A stretch of DNA of 64,000 bases, taken from Andalucia godoyi And28. Taxonomy: Eukaryota > Protista > Jakobida. The stretch is taken from NCBI GenBank assembly GCA_009859145.1, contig VRVR01000044.1, forward strand, positions 62,001 to 126,000, in the 5' to 3' direction. The notes under the pieces were generated by a model, which searched no databases, was not told the DNA's origin, and worked only from the letters and a program-made list of their open reading frames with translations. Shown in pieces: positions 1-11,038 of this stretch. A program made the position numbers and the translations under genes. The first letter of the stretch is position 1; each line of letters starts with the position of its first letter.

Positions 1-1
1 T

Positions 2-3000
2 GCATGTCCGGCAGGAACCTGGAGCTCGTCTGTCGGCGCAGCCTCCCTATCCGATTGTGTGCCGTGCCCAGCAGGCTCTTATTCGACAATCACAGGAATC
101 TACAGCGCCACAATGTGCACACCGTGCCCTGTTGGAACGTACAGTGCGACGCTGGGAGCCTCCAGCTCCTCGGCTTGTGTGAACTGCCCTGCTGGGATGT
201 TTGGGATTTCCAGTGGAGCACCGGCACTGTGGAACTGTACTTCCTGTCCAGCAGGTTCTTTCAGTGCGCAGGAGGGCGCACAGCTTAATGTTTCTTGTTT
301 GCCGTGTCCACCAGGAACCTGGTCTTCCGCTGCGTCCGCAAACTGCACTGTCTGCGCGGCAGGGACATACAGTGCTTTAAAGTCTGCTGGAAACTCGTCG
401 ACATGCATACCCTGTGCTCCCGGATCGTGGTCATTTTTAAATTCGACCTTTTGCGTTCCGTGCGATGCTGGAACATTTTCCAATTCCAGTTCTGCCGCTG
501 GACCTGAGCACTGCGTGCAATGCGGTGCAGGAAAATCCAGTTCGGTCGGTAGCAGCAACTGTTCAACATGTCCCCCATCTTATTTTTCGAATTCTTCATC
601 CGCTTTTTTATGTGTGCAATGTTCTTCAGGGACGTCCGCTTCCGACAACCACGCTTTCTGTGCGGATTGCACTTCCGGAAGGTATTCGAATTCTTCCACG
701 GGGTTTTTGTGCGAACCCTGCGGGCCAGGTTTTGCGCCGTCTCCGAGCCGCAACTACTGTGTACCGTGCGGTCCGGGGACCTTTTCGTCTAACGGATCGG
801 CATGCGTCACATGCGCGCCTGGATTCACATCACTGAACCGTGCTTCTCTTTGCGACCGATGTTCTTCCGGCTATTTCTCACCCAGCTGCAGCAGTTGTCC
901 ACCGTGTGACCACGGCCGGTGCGATGACGGTGTCGCCGGAACGGGGAGCTGCGTATGCAATGCCACGTGGACTGGCCCCCACTGCAACGAGAGTGTTTCG
1001 CTTGTCGTTGTTCCGGAGTCAACAATTCCTCCAGCGGAAATTTTGCCAGCTGCAGGCGACGCAAGAAATTCAGTGGCTGCGTCTGTTGCGGCATTCAGTA
1101 TAGCGGGCTTTCTGAACATGTTCGGTGTGACGCAGTCCATTATTCGAATGGCGTGCTTGAAAATAATGTATCCGCTGTGGTACATCACGTTTGTGGAGAG
1201 CGTCGGCTTGGCGGCATTCAACTTTGAAGCCCCGTTCTGGAACGACTTTCTTTTCGGCACCACTGGTCTCGAGATACCCGCTGAGAAGGGTGTCGACGAC
1301 CCGGAAACAGCCCCCAATGTTCAAGTGTACCTTTTGGATACGATGAATTCATACGAAAACGTGATTGTACATCAAGTGGCAAACGCAGTGCTGGCACTGC
1401 TGCTTCTAATGGCTGCCCATCTCGGTTTTCTGATTCTTTTGTACATTGCGTTCGCCATTCGTGCTCGAATGGTGCACGAAAGGATTTCGCTGTCTTCGTT
1501 GCGGCTGCCTTACAAGGCCTGGATATTTTTCAGGAGTTTATACTTTTCTCTGGTCTTTGGCATGACCTACAGTCTGTTTGTCGCAATCTTCCTAACGCTG
1601 AGTGTGAACGTCCAGAACCGAAGCTGGATCGAAATCACCTTGTCTGCTACGTGCATCATTGTCTATTGTACTCTTGCATTCGTCTGGATCTTACCGACCC
1701 TGAAGCACCGCCCGCCGTTGCATTCCATCGAGGAGAGGTGGGATCTCGAATTTTATGATTTCAAGCCCAGTTACTGGTGGACTCATGTCTTCTTAATGGC
1801 GATCTTTGTGATTGATGCGGCAATCGTGGTTCTTGGGCTGTACTTCGACGTCAGTCCGGAGATGCAGGTCTGCGTCACCCTCGTCTTTTCGTTCGGAAGA
1901 ACAATGTTCTTTCTCGTTGCTTGGCCTGCTGAAGAGCGTCTGGACAACTTTGTAAGCACTGCAAACAGCGTTGTAGACTCGCTGCAGCTGCTGCTGTTGT
2001 TTTCCGTGGTGGGCTATTCTCGCCAAAACAGCTGGAATGCTGAAGTTGCCTTCATTCTAGCAGTGACGGACTCTGCGATCGTCGTGTGCAATCTTGTTGT
2101 GTCTATATACCTGCTGTTGTCATCTGTTTTGCGATACTTTGGAGACCTGCTCTGGTTTCTGTGGAATCTTGCTTCCCAAAAGAAAAATGAGAATAAGGAG
2201 AAAGAGAAATCTCTGGAATCGTCAGATGCATCGCAGCTTGCGGACAGGTTTCTGCTGACCCCGGTACCTGTACTGTCCAAGTGCCAGCAAGTCTCGGTCT
2301 CACAGTCAAGTCAATCCACAAAGTCGTCGCGCAATTCACTGAATCCGCTGGACTCAAAGATGTTTCGCAGCGCCCTGTTCAACGCTCGGCCTCCTGCAAC
2401 ATCGGGCGGACTCGTAGCACCTCGAGTCGTCCCAGACTTTGCTTCTCCCGCAAACACTCGATTTTCATCCACCAACCTTCCTGCTAGTTCTGAATTTTCT
2501 CCTGAGCGATGTCTGCGCCAAAGCCCATCGCCGATGCCAGTGTTTGGCACGACGGCTGTGACTCCGGGGGCGACTCGTGGGCAAATCGACACTTCAGCCG
2601 TCCTGCCACATGTGTTCGTTCATCTACCTCCCACAGAGCCCACGCTATCCTGCTTTCCGTCTCCCCCTGGCCGCAGAACGAATGCTAGAGAGAAAAGAAT
2701 GAAGGAGAACAACAACAGCAACAGCGACGACGACGACGACGACGACAACAACAACAACAACAACAAAACATCTACTGCTTCTGCTTGGCATTCTCGGACG
2801 CCTCAGGAATCTCACAGATGTTTCCACCTTTTCAATGCTATACCAGCTCGCTCAACGATGCCACTTGGGGAATCCATGGGTGAAACGCGCAGTCCGATAG
2901 AAATACATGCATCGTGTTTGGTGGTGCCCAGTGTTTCGCAGCAGAGTACGCCTCCTGTTCTGCAACAAGATGCGCCGCAAACGCAGAATGTCGAATTGCG

Positions 3001-3553
3001 AGCGCTGGATACGAGCCCACTGTCAAGTGCAGCAACCGCACCGGCTGTGCCTGATGTGCCACTGCAGACTCCTACAGGAAAAGGCGGTTACGAAAGCGGA
3101 ATTCACGCCGACCGCGGTAGTCTAGAAGAGTTGGCACGAACGCCAGTGGCCAGCAAGACCACTGCACCCGTTTCGGCTGTTGAACCCGTCACGACGCGTC
3201 CTGTTGGTTCCACATGGGATCGATTGCCGGTGATGGAAGTGCCATTATCGATGCCCTTGCTACTTGGGCACTCGACGCTTGCGAATTCTCAGAGTGGATC
3301 TGGAACGTACCTCCCTCCTCGCCCGACGGTCCCCAAGTCTTTCTTAGACCGGTCTGCAAGCTCTCGAGTCCCGGCTGGCTCTCGCAGTGCTGGTCTTGAA
3401 AAGAGCGCTCTGGGAAGCGCAAACCATGTCCCGAATTTACAGAGAAGACGTGACAGTTTGATCCATGCAACGGCGTCCGAGCCATCTGTTCAGACAACAA
3501 ACGGTCGCCAAAGCAAGGCCGTCGGCTCTCCGTATCGCAAGAAGAACGTCTGA
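2..3553 (+). CDS. Cys-rich repeat (GCC2/GCC3, ephrin-receptor-like) + EGF + multi-TM surface receptor-like protein, 5' partial
   Basis: The frame is open from base 2. It has about 13 CxxCP(A/P)G(S/T)(Y/F/W)S repeats, an EGF module (CDHGRCDDGVAGTGSCVCNATWTGPHC), about 7-9 hydrophobic helices and a long S/P-rich cytoplasmic tail. Confidence 0.85.
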   Translation, partial: ACPAGTWSSSVGAASLSDCVPCPAGSYSTITGIYSATMCTPCPVGTYSATLGASSSSACVNCPAGMFGISSGAPALWNCTSCPAGSFSAQEGAQLNVSCLPCPPGTWSSAASANCTVCAAGTYSALKSAGNSSTCIPCAPGSWSFLNSTFCVPCDAGTFSNSSSAAGPEHCVQCGAGKSSSVGSSNCSTCPPSYFSNSSSAFLCVQCSSGTSASDNHAFCADCTSGRYSNSSTGFLCEPCGPGFAPSPSRNYCVPCGPGTFSSNGSACVTCAPGFTSLNRASLCDRCSSGYFSPSCSSCPPCDHGRCDDGVAGTGSCVCNATWTGPHCNESVSLVVVPESTIPPAEILPAAGDARNSVAASVAAFSIAGFLNMFGVTQSIIRMACLKIMYPLWYITFVESVGLAAFNFEAPFWNDFLFGTTGLEIPAEKGVDDPETAPNVQVYLLDTMNSYENVIVHQVANAVLALLLLMAAHLGFLILLYIAFAIRARMVHERISLSSLRLPYKAWIFFRSLYFSLVFGMTYSLFVAIFLTLSVNVQNRSWIEITLSATCIIVYCTLAFVWILPTLKHRPPLHSIEERWDLEFYDFKPSYWWTHVFLMAIFVIDAAIVVLGLYFDVSPEMQVCVTLVFSFGRTMFFLVAWPAEERLDNFVSTANSVVDSLQLLLLFSVVGYSRQNSWNAEVAFILAVTDSAIVVCNLVVSIYLLLSSVLRYFGDLLWFLWNLASQKKNENKEKEKSLESSDASQLADRFLLTPVPVLSKCQQVSVSQSSQSTKSSRNSLNPLDSKMFRSALFNARPPATSGGLVAPRVVPDFASPANTRFSSTNLPASSEFSPERCLRQSPSPMPVFGTTAVTPGATRGQIDTSAVLPHVFVHLPPTEPTLSCFPSPPGRRTNAREKRMKENNNSNSDDDDDDDNNNNNNKTSTASAWHSRTPQESHRCFHLFNAIPARSTMPLGESMGETRSPIEIHASCLVVPSVSQQSTPPVLQQDAPQTQNVELRALDTSPLSSAATAPAVPDVPLQTPTGKGGYESGIHADRGSLEELARTPVASKTTAPVSAVEPVTTRPVGSTWDRLPVMEVPLSMPLLLGHSTLANSQSGSGTYLPPRPTVPKSFLDRSASSRVPAGSRSAGLEKSALGSANHVPNLQRRRDSLIHATASEPSVQTTNGRQSKAVGSPYRKKNV

Positions 3554-3596
3554 TCTGACCCGTTCCGATCCGGAAAGTAAGACGGCGCGTCAGTGC

Positions 3597-3644
3597 GTCG
3601 AGTCGAGTCGAGTCGAGTCGAGTCGTGTCGTGTCGTGTCGTGTC
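3597..3644. repeat. Compound pentamer microsatellite (GTCGA)n-(GTCGT)n
   Basis: Read directly from the sequence just downstream of the 3553 stop. Confidence 0.9.
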
Positions 3645-3859
3645 TGACTGCCGGGCGTACATTCACCTTTTTGGATCATTTCGCGAGCAAATCCGGCAAA
3701 ATCGGTTAAGTGAAACGCTGCAGTCTTTTGCCGAGTCCTTTCTCTCTGTTTTCTTTCTTTTCTCTCGCCAATGTTCATTTTTTGCTTGATCCGCTTGGAA
3801 TTATTTTGTTTTGCTATGCTGTTTCCGCTTCGCACAACAAGATTAGGCGAAGCTGGAGG

Positions 3860-5080
3860 ATGGAGAGTGGATCGAGGCGATTTGGGATTCGTTCAGCATT
3901 TGATTTTTATTTCAAGCGAAAAAATGGGTCGATTCATTATGCACATACGCTGACGGAAGTCTTGGATTCCATTTCGTCGCTTATTATGATTCTTTCGCCC
4001 ATTCTTCTCGGGTCGTCTTCGTCGCGATCGCTTATAGGATCTGCCGTTTCCGCAATGTTTACCATTGTGCCTTCTGTGCAGTCGGATGGGCTGTTTCTTC
4101 GTTTGAAATCCCTCGATCATCGTCGTCATCATCATCATCACCAGCCGCGGCATCATGATGATCATAAGTGCGGCGACGAAGACCACAACGTCGATGATGA
4201 TGATGATGATGGTGATTCTGCGGCACGAACGAATCGGTTCGAAATCACTGCGTCGGAGCTCGTCGTGGTGATTCGTATGACTGTTTTGCGAATTATGTGC
4301 ATGATTTACGTGTTTCTGGATTCTGTAACGACGTGGTTCAGCATATGGTTTGTCTTTCCGGGTCTCTATGACTTCCTCCAGTACATGTACTGGGCATGTA
4401 AACAGACGCAGCGGCTCTACACTGTGCAAAAGGCTCGTTTGTTCAGCGTCGTTTTTCTTCTGTTATCCTTATTCTCGATTATACTTCCCTTTTCGGCGAT
4501 CTTCATCGTTCCACAAACAACATCGCCGGTTGTTGCTTCTGCACTGGCCGCCGTATGCAAGATGAATGCATCTTCTATGAACCGACTGTTCTTCTGCGAC
4601 CGAAAATTGCTTATCTTTCGCATGTTTGCCGTGTACATTCCTCTGTCCCTTTTGCTCTTGTTCGCAATGTCACTTTCAAATGAGCAGTCGCAAATCATCC
4701 ACAACAACAACGGTGGACGAGATATCAACGATGTAGCGCTCCCCATTCTTGTGACGATTCTCTCGTTTTCCATCAACCGGATCGACTGGTACTTCAATCT
4801 GAAGCGCATTGGCGACTCCATGGAGGACTCTGACGCATCACACTCATCGGGCATTCTCACTCGTGAATTTGTCATGGAGCCATGGATCCGCATGTTGTTT
4901 TCCGTATGCAGACCCTCTCGTCCGGCTTGCATTTCGGCACTGTCCACTCCTCTATTGCCCTCTAGCGCAGCCCTTTCTGATGTCCGTCATGAACATGAGG
5001 AACAGAAACAACATCACCACAAAGGAGGAGAAGGAGGAGGGAGGCAAACAGAAGATGGAGGGGAAAATAGAAATATCTGA
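3860..5080 (+). CDS. Uncharacterised multi-pass membrane protein
   Basis: ORF from the ATG at 3860 (MESGSRRF) with about 8 hydrophobic segments and a His/Asp-rich loop. The family was not recognised. Confidence 0.65.
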   Translation: MESGSRRFGIRSAFDFYFKRKNGSIHYAHTLTEVLDSISSLIMILSPILLGSSSSRSLIGSAVSAMFTIVPSVQSDGLFLRLKSLDHRRHHHHHQPRHHDDHKCGDEDHNVDDDDDDGDSAARTNRFEITASELVVVIRMTVLRIMCMIYVFLDSVTTWFSIWFVFPGLYDFLQYMYWACKQTQRLYTVQKARLFSVVFLLLSLFSIILPFSAIFIVPQTTSPVVASALAAVCKMNASSMNRLFFCDRKLLIFRMFAVYIPLSLLLLFAMSLSNEQSQIIHNNNGGRDINDVALPILVTILSFSINRIDWYFNLKRIGDSMEDSDASHSSGILTREFVMEPWIRMLFSVCRPSRPACISALSTPLLPSSAALSDVRHEHEEQKQHHHKGGEGGGRQTEDGGENRNI

Positions 5081-5089
5081 GAAGACCAT

Positions 5090-6736
5090 CTAATCGGGTT
5101 CACCGGATCTTGATGATGATGATGATGATGATCCGCTTCCAAAGATGCGCGTGGCGATGTTTTGCCGGATTGCGTTTCGGTACTGATCGACCTGCGGAGA
5201 AATTCTGTGCGGTGATCTCTGACGCAGCGGATCGCGGTCCGGTGCTCCTTTCCGTACTGCAGGTCTTAAATTCCGCATTCCAGCTTTCCCGAGCAAGTCG
5301 TTCATCTCATCCAGCGCACTATTCCGCGCATCGTCCGCACTGGAGCTTTTCACAGGTTTCGGAGCTGCGCGAACAGGGATCTGCATCCTAACTGCACTTT
5401 TCGCTGTGGTAGGCGCAGAAGGGGGGTTTCGCACTGAGGATGACGTCGATGGCCGCGCAAGAACAGGAGGGATCGGTTTTGGAGGTGGCGGAGGCGGTGG
5501 TCGCGCAGACTCGTCTTCGTTTCTGGGCTGCTCATAAAGCAAGTCAGCACGTTTTTCAGCAGGCCTGGGAGGAACAGGAAGCTCAATGGACACTCCAAGG
5601 CTCGGAGGCAGCACCAACAGCGATGATACAAGCGCATTCGATGCCGCATTCGACGGCGACGATGATGATGAGGATGAGATGGATGCAAACCGCGAGATGA
5701 ACCATGGAGAGTGCGCCTTTTCCCACAACAGCGAGGCAAACATGTGTTTTCGAAGAGATTGATCTACTTCTTCCAAGGGAAATTGTGGGTGGTCGACGGG
5801 GTGGAGCTGCGGCGAAAGACGAAGAGGCTCTGATTGTGTCAAGAAGTTGCGCCACTGTTGAATTGTCCACAGCGGAAACGATGGAAGCGACGAACGAATG
5901 TCAGCCCATTCCTCCTTCGAGCACCAGTTCTTCAAATCGGCCTGCGAAACAACGAACAACTGCTTCATGCTTTCCATCCACGCTCCAAGCTCTGGTTCGT
6001 CCATCTGGCCCTTTTCCCTCTCCGTGCCAAGCACCGGTTCCCTCCGATTCATCGACGACGACGGTGATGGAGATGGTGGCGGTGGCGGTGGCGAAAGCTT
6101 CACGACTCGATCAAGAGACTTTGCAGTGTCGAACAGCAGCCGCGGAACCGACCGAACAACACTCTTGAATTCCTCTTCAGAAATCACACTGCGGTCCGTC
6201 TGATGTCTTGCCCGTCCCTGCTGCGGTGTAATTGCATAGGAATTTCTGGAAATCCAACACGAGAATTCCAGTGATTCGGAATGCTCTCTGTTGGCGGAAT
6301 CGCGTTTGAAAGCCTCTGCGATTCGCCTAGCTGATTCACACGCGCTGGAACGCCTCGTTTGCTCGTCTTCATCCTCCGTTGGCAACACGCGGCTCTGTAA
6401 TGTTTGCTGCTGCGTCTGCTGCATAGAAGGTCGGAAAAGCAAAACATGTTCTTTAAATCCAAGTTTCTTCAAATTAGCGATTCTCGTCGTCTCGAAATCC
6501 AGCGACGCCGCAGTCGAGAAAGACGTGGAGAAAAGCAAGCGAAACCACGACCGTAAAGCCTCCATCTTTCCATTCGACCCCGTCAGCGGCTGCAGTGCAG
6601 AGCGGACGACGCGGGAATGCACAATTCGAGCAAGCGGATGATCGTTGCTATGTAAGACAACAGAGGACGACCCATGCGAAATCCTGCTCATTGGACCCAG
6701 CATTAATTCTCCTGCGATTCTCTCCTTCTCCTCCAT
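5090..6736 (-). CDS. Proline-rich protein with a possible C-terminal WH2-like actin-binding motif
   Basis: Long ORF with likely start MEEKERI at 6736. Poly-Pro tracts are followed by RNSALDEMNDLLGKAGMRNLRPAVRK, which resembles a WH2 helix plus LKKV-like motif. Confidence 0.65.
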   Translation of the reverse strand: MEEKERIAGELMLGPMSRISHGSSSVVLHSNDHPLARIVHSRVVRSALQPLTGSNGKMEALRSWFRLLFSTSFSTAASLDFETTRIANLKKLGFKEHVLLFRPSMQQTQQQTLQSRVLPTEDEDEQTRRSSACESARRIAEAFKRDSANREHSESLEFSCWISRNSYAITPQQGRARHQTDRSVISEEEFKSVVRSVPRLLFDTAKSLDRVVKLSPPPPPPSPSPSSSMNRREPVLGTEREKGQMDEPELGAWMESMKQLFVVSQADLKNWCSKEEWADIRSSLPSFPLWTIQQWRNFLTQSEPLRLSPQLHPVDHPQFPLEEVDQSLRKHMFASLLWEKAHSPWFISRFASISSSSSSSPSNAASNALVSSLLVLPPSLGVSIELPVPPRPAEKRADLLYEQPRNEDESARPPPPPPPKPIPPVLARPSTSSSVRNPPSAPTTAKSAVRMQIPVRAAPKPVKSSSADDARNSALDEMNDLLGKAGMRNLRPAVRKGAPDRDPLRQRSPHRISPQVDQYRNAIRQNIATRIFGSGSSSSSSSRSGEPD

Positions 6737-7241
6737 CCTGTCATTTCTCCATGCTCTCTCCTCTTCCTCCTCTTCCTCCTCTTCCTCCTCTTCCTCCTCT
6801 TCCGCCTCTTCCGCCTCCGCCTCTGCTTCTTCTGCTTGGCTGAGCGTGTTTTCGAAATCAAAAATAAGAAAAGGCTTTGGATAATATGAAAAAACAATAG
6901 AAGAAACAAAGAAATGAAAAAGGTTTGTCGTCATGGCTCTCAGCGACTGTAGTGAGCGACCCCTCTGGCAAAAGTGATGCTTGATGCTAGATCAAACAGA
7001 CTGTTTTTTACACGATTCACCAAAGCATATGCAAGCATTTCCCCATTTGCGAATCGTTTATTCTCTGCTTCTGTTTTATCCGTTTTTTCTTTTATTATTT
7101 CATAATTACTATTATATTTTTTATTTTTATTTTTTTTCAATTTTTCCTTCTTTGCTGTGTGTGTATAGCTTTGTAGCAAGTGGTTGGCGCATAGCGGGGG
7201 GCTGAGAGGAGAAGAGGAAGGGGAAAAGAAGGAGAGGGAGA

Positions 7242-9395
7242 ATGAGCTTAATGACTGTGCTTACGACAGGCGGAAGCGCGACGTACCACGGTCTGGATCT
7301 GATTACAGCCGTTCGTAGTGGTAACATGCCGCTGGTGTACATGTTGGTGAAGCAGGGGGCGTCGGTGAATGTGCCGGATGCAACGGGGTTTACGGCACTA
7401 CAGTGGGCGTCGCTGAACGACTTTGTGGAGATTGCGTCGTTTCTGCTGTCCAATGGCGCGGCTGTAGACCAGCGGTCGAGCGATGGCGAGTCGGTGACGG
7501 CGCTGATGTGGGCGAGCCTCAAGGGGCACTTGTCGTGCGTACGACTGTTGCTGCAGTGGGGAGCGCAGCTTGATCTGCAAGACTCGCGTGGATTTACAGC
7601 CGCTTGTCATGCCGTGCACTACGACCAGTTGTTCACGTTGCACTATCTGCTGTATCGCGGTGCCTCGCCGCTGCTTCTCGACAAAGATGGCCACTCGCTG
7701 CTGCACTGGGCTTGCTATAAGGGATTCTTCAACATTGCATCGTATTTGCTGTCCAATCACCATTCTCAAAATAACCTCGGTCATGGCCACAGTCGCAGTC
7801 AGAATAACAGTCGCAGCGACAACGATGTGGATCACCGGTGCAACCAGGGAAGAACTGCGCTGATGTGGGCTGCGAGAGAGGGGCACAAGGGCGTGATGGC
7901 TCTGCTGCTTGCGCACGGTGCCGATCCAAAGCTTGTGGACAACGAAGGACTTGATGCGCAGCGCCACGCCTTTGAAAAGGGACACTTCAATCTGCAGATT
8001 TCGAAGATTTTCGGCTCCGAGCAAGGCAGGACGAGCAGCTCGAGCACCATTCTCGGTGCTGGTGCTGCAAACGACGTGGAAAAGGTCGCGATGCTGCCGA
8101 ACAACAACGACAATGTTGGAAGCGCAAAGGCTCTTCATTTGGCCTCGGAAGTCCAGTTTCAGCATGCAGTCAAGGGCGAAGCAGGATACTTCAAGCGCGG
8201 GTCGCTGACAGTGTTTGTGCTTCCCATGCTTGCGTTCATCGGAATTCATCTATTCCATCCAGTCTTTGCGGTGTTGTCGTTTGTGGCGGCCATGGCGGCG
8301 TTTGGTCGAATGTCCGTGTCGTGGAAGAACAACGGCGCCGGAAGAACCCCGGTCCATATGATGTGGTGGCTTGGCTCCGTTGTCGTTTGCCTTTTTGTGC
8401 ATTACGTGTTTGTGTATCCGATTGCAAGTGCGCATTATCCGAACGCCCACTCGCTTTGGGTGATTTTGCTGCCAGTGATGCTGGCAGTGTACTTCAAGGG
8501 ATCGCTTTCGGATCCGGGACGCGTGCTTCCGAGCGCGGAAGACCTCTGGATGGCGCTCCGAGCTGTCGAGCAGGGCCTCGAGATTGACCATCACAAGTTC
8601 TGCGTGACTTGTTTGTGCAGAAGACCGGTGCGTTCGAAGCACTGCAGATTCTCGGGGTTCTGCGTGGCGCGATACGACCATTTTTGCGTCTGGTTCAACA
8701 CGGCAGTGGGCTTCAAGAACCACCGGTGGTTCATGATTTACTGTGTGTCCCATTTCTTTGTCGATGTCGGAATGATTCTCTTCTGCTACGACTACATCAT
8801 GTTTGAGTGGGGCCGAAACCCGACGCTTGGATGGGGCGAGGCGTGGTTTTCAGTCCAGCCCACTGTTGCATATGTGCTGTTCTACAACGTCCTCGTCGGT
8901 CTGTTCACTCTTGCAATGTCCGTTTCGCACATTTCGATGATGCTGAACAATTCCACGTCTAACGAATCGGTGGATCCAGCGCGGTACACTTTGCCGGACG
9001 GGAAATGGCTTTATTCGCTAGGATGGTCCCGAAATTGGAAGCAGTTTTGGAGAGTCGGCAGAGAAACGGTCGACTGGACTAGACAGCTTGTGTGGCCTCC
9101 TGGCGCTGCAGATCCAGAAATCGCAGGTCTCGCACCGCCTGCTGGACCGCTGCTGGGATTTCCTCAGCATCCGCAGCACGCAGGCAGCGCGTGTGGACAT
9201 GACCACGGAGGACACGCTGCGCATGCACACTCTCAGCAGCATCAGCACCACCAAGCTCAGATACAAGCCCAGCAACAGCAGCAGCAACAACAACAACAAC
9301 TCCATCACCAGCAGCACCAACAGTCGAGTGGTGGCGTTGCCGGGAACGGAAATGCACAGCACGAACGAAAGGGTCTGCTGGTCGATGTGGACTGA
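7242..9395 (+). CDS. AKR1: Ankyrin-repeat DHHC palmitoyltransferase (Akr1/ZDHHC13/17 family)
   Basis: N-terminal ankyrin repeats (TALQWAS, TALMWAS, SLLHWAC, TALMWAA), TM helices and a Cys-rich domain CVTCLCRRPVRSKHC...RYDHFCVWFNTAVGFKNHRWF. Confidence 0.92.
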   Translation: MSLMTVLTTGGSATYHGLDLITAVRSGNMPLVYMLVKQGASVNVPDATGFTALQWASLNDFVEIASFLLSNGAAVDQRSSDGESVTALMWASLKGHLSCVRLLLQWGAQLDLQDSRGFTAACHAVHYDQLFTLHYLLYRGASPLLLDKDGHSLLHWACYKGFFNIASYLLSNHHSQNNLGHGHSRSQNNSRSDNDVDHRCNQGRTALMWAAREGHKGVMALLLAHGADPKLVDNEGLDAQRHAFEKGHFNLQISKIFGSEQGRTSSSSTILGAGAANDVEKVAMLPNNNDNVGSAKALHLASEVQFQHAVKGEAGYFKRGSLTVFVLPMLAFIGIHLFHPVFAVLSFVAAMAAFGRMSVSWKNNGAGRTPVHMMWWLGSVVVCLFVHYVFVYPIASAHYPNAHSLWVILLPVMLAVYFKGSLSDPGRVLPSAEDLWMALRAVEQGLEIDHHKFCVTCLCRRPVRSKHCRFSGFCVARYDHFCVWFNTAVGFKNHRWFMIYCVSHFFVDVGMILFCYDYIMFEWGRNPTLGWGEAWFSVQPTVAYVLFYNVLVGLFTLAMSVSHISMMLNNSTSNESVDPARYTLPDGKWLYSLGWSRNWKQFWRVGRETVDWTRQLVWPPGAADPEIAGLAPPAGPLLGFPQHPQHAGSACGHDHGGHAAHAHSQQHQHHQAQIQAQQQQQQQQQQLHHQQHQQSSGGVAGNGNAQHERKGLLVDVD

Positions 9396-9500
9396 GCATT
9401 AGCAGTAAAACCAGAAAGAGTCAAAATGCATGCTGCTCGTCGTTGTTCTGATTTTCAATCACAAAGAACCGGGGGAGGAGGAAGAAAAAACAATTAGAAA

Positions 9501-10805
9501 TCAACTGAAGGACGCAGGCGATGCAGATGGAGATCGAGGAGATCGAGGAGACTGTGACGAAGCAAGACTGATTCCATGGATTTGCTTCTTGTACTTTCCG
9601 AGCTGCTTCTGCAGCGCAAGCTTTTCCTCTTCCGCGACCCCGAGTTTTTTGAGGACGTCAAAGTAGCGATCCGTCATGGATGACAGCTGCGCATTGATGT
9701 CCGTGAGTCCCTTGCACTTTCCATGGAGTACGCTATTTTCTGCACGAACCGACTTGCACTCTGCTTCCACTGTTTCAAGCTTCTTGTTCACGCGGTCCAG
9801 CTCGTCTCTCGAGACCATCTGTCGCAGGCGATCTGATCTTCCAGTAACGTCGTCCCGCAGCGCTCTGCATGTGTTCTCAAGTTCCGCAATCGTTCCTCCA
9901 AGAGTCTTTTCTCGATCCGACATTGCAGAGCACGAATCACTCAGCCTCGCATTTGCGCTGCTGAGGGAATCCACCGCATCTGCCAGCGATGACGCATGAG
10001 CCACAACCCGAGAAGCAATTTCCGCAAGCGTAAGCGACTCGAAATCCGGCACGCCGCTTCCATTTCGGCCGTCCTTTTCACTCGCTGCAAAAAACTGCTG
10101 TGCATACGTCGAATGTCGCTTGGATCGTGAAGCCGTCGTCGAAGCCGTCGCTGTTGCTGCTGCTGCTGCTGCTGCTGCATAGGAATCGACAACTTGTGGT
10201 TTTGCTTGCATGGAGAGAAACGGAACCAAGACCGAAAGTGCAGACTCGATAGATCGCTTCATTGCCTTGAACCGCGGCTCCATCTCGACATACAAAACTT
10301 CATACTCCTGGTTCTTCTGCTGCGACCGAAGCAGCTGCTGTTGCAAAATCCCAATCGTTTCCTCGTGTCGCCGCGCCAGCGTCTCCAACACCATGTTTTT
10401 CCGCTCCAACGTCGCATACTGGTGATGATGACTGCTGCTGTCCACGGGCTCGGACGGCTGCTGGGGTTTCCCACGCTTATTCGGAGACCCCTGTGGCGAC
10501 TCTACATCCCCACGCGCCGTAAACAACGGCAGCGGCAATGGCAACGCTGGCGATGACGATGACGATGATGGTGACGATGGTGCCTTGTGAAGTGGATTCG
10601 TTTGCTCAATGCTCGGTGACTTTGGCCTGACTCGGCTCAGCCCTGCCCCTGCCCCTGCTCCTGCTCCTGCCCCGGATCCAGAGGCAGAAGGAGACAAGAC
10701 GAGGTCAGACAGAGATATCGCGGCTCGAGCAATGCCGGAAGGAGAAGGAGACCCGCCAGCGGGAGAGTATGCAGACGACGACGGTGTCCTTCGAGGCGAA
10801 CTCAT
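9501..10805 (-). CDS. Coiled-coil protein with Ser/Pro-rich N-terminus
   Basis: ORF from MSSPRRTP (10805) with two long heptad-rich segments. No family was recognised. Confidence 0.7.
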   Translation of the reverse strand: MSSPRRTPSSSAYSPAGGSPSPSGIARAAISLSDLVLSPSASGSGAGAGAGAGAGLSRVRPKSPSIEQTNPLHKAPSSPSSSSSSPALPLPLPLFTARGDVESPQGSPNKRGKPQQPSEPVDSSSHHHQYATLERKNMVLETLARRHEETIGILQQQLLRSQQKNQEYEVLYVEMEPRFKAMKRSIESALSVLVPFLSMQAKPQVVDSYAAAAAAAATATASTTASRSKRHSTYAQQFFAASEKDGRNGSGVPDFESLTLAEIASRVVAHASSLADAVDSLSSANARLSDSCSAMSDREKTLGGTIAELENTCRALRDDVTGRSDRLRQMVSRDELDRVNKKLETVEAECKSVRAENSVLHGKCKGLTDINAQLSSMTDRYFDVLKKLGVAEEEKLALQKQLGKYKKQIHGISLASSQSPRSPRSPSASPASFS

Positions 10806-11038
10806 CTGCGAAAAAATCCCCAACAAGAAATGTAATTCCAATATAACATTCATAATAATAAATAGAATAGAAAAAGAATAGACAAAAGAAGGAGAGAAAA
10901 ATATGAAAACTCGTGTCTCCGGGTCTCCAAGGTCTCCCAGGTCTCGTCCTCTCCCAGCCTCTGAAGGCCAGGAAAAAAAACTGGGGGGAAAGAGAGAGAG
11001 TGTGTGTGTGTGTGTGAGAGATTTTACAGTCTCAAGTC

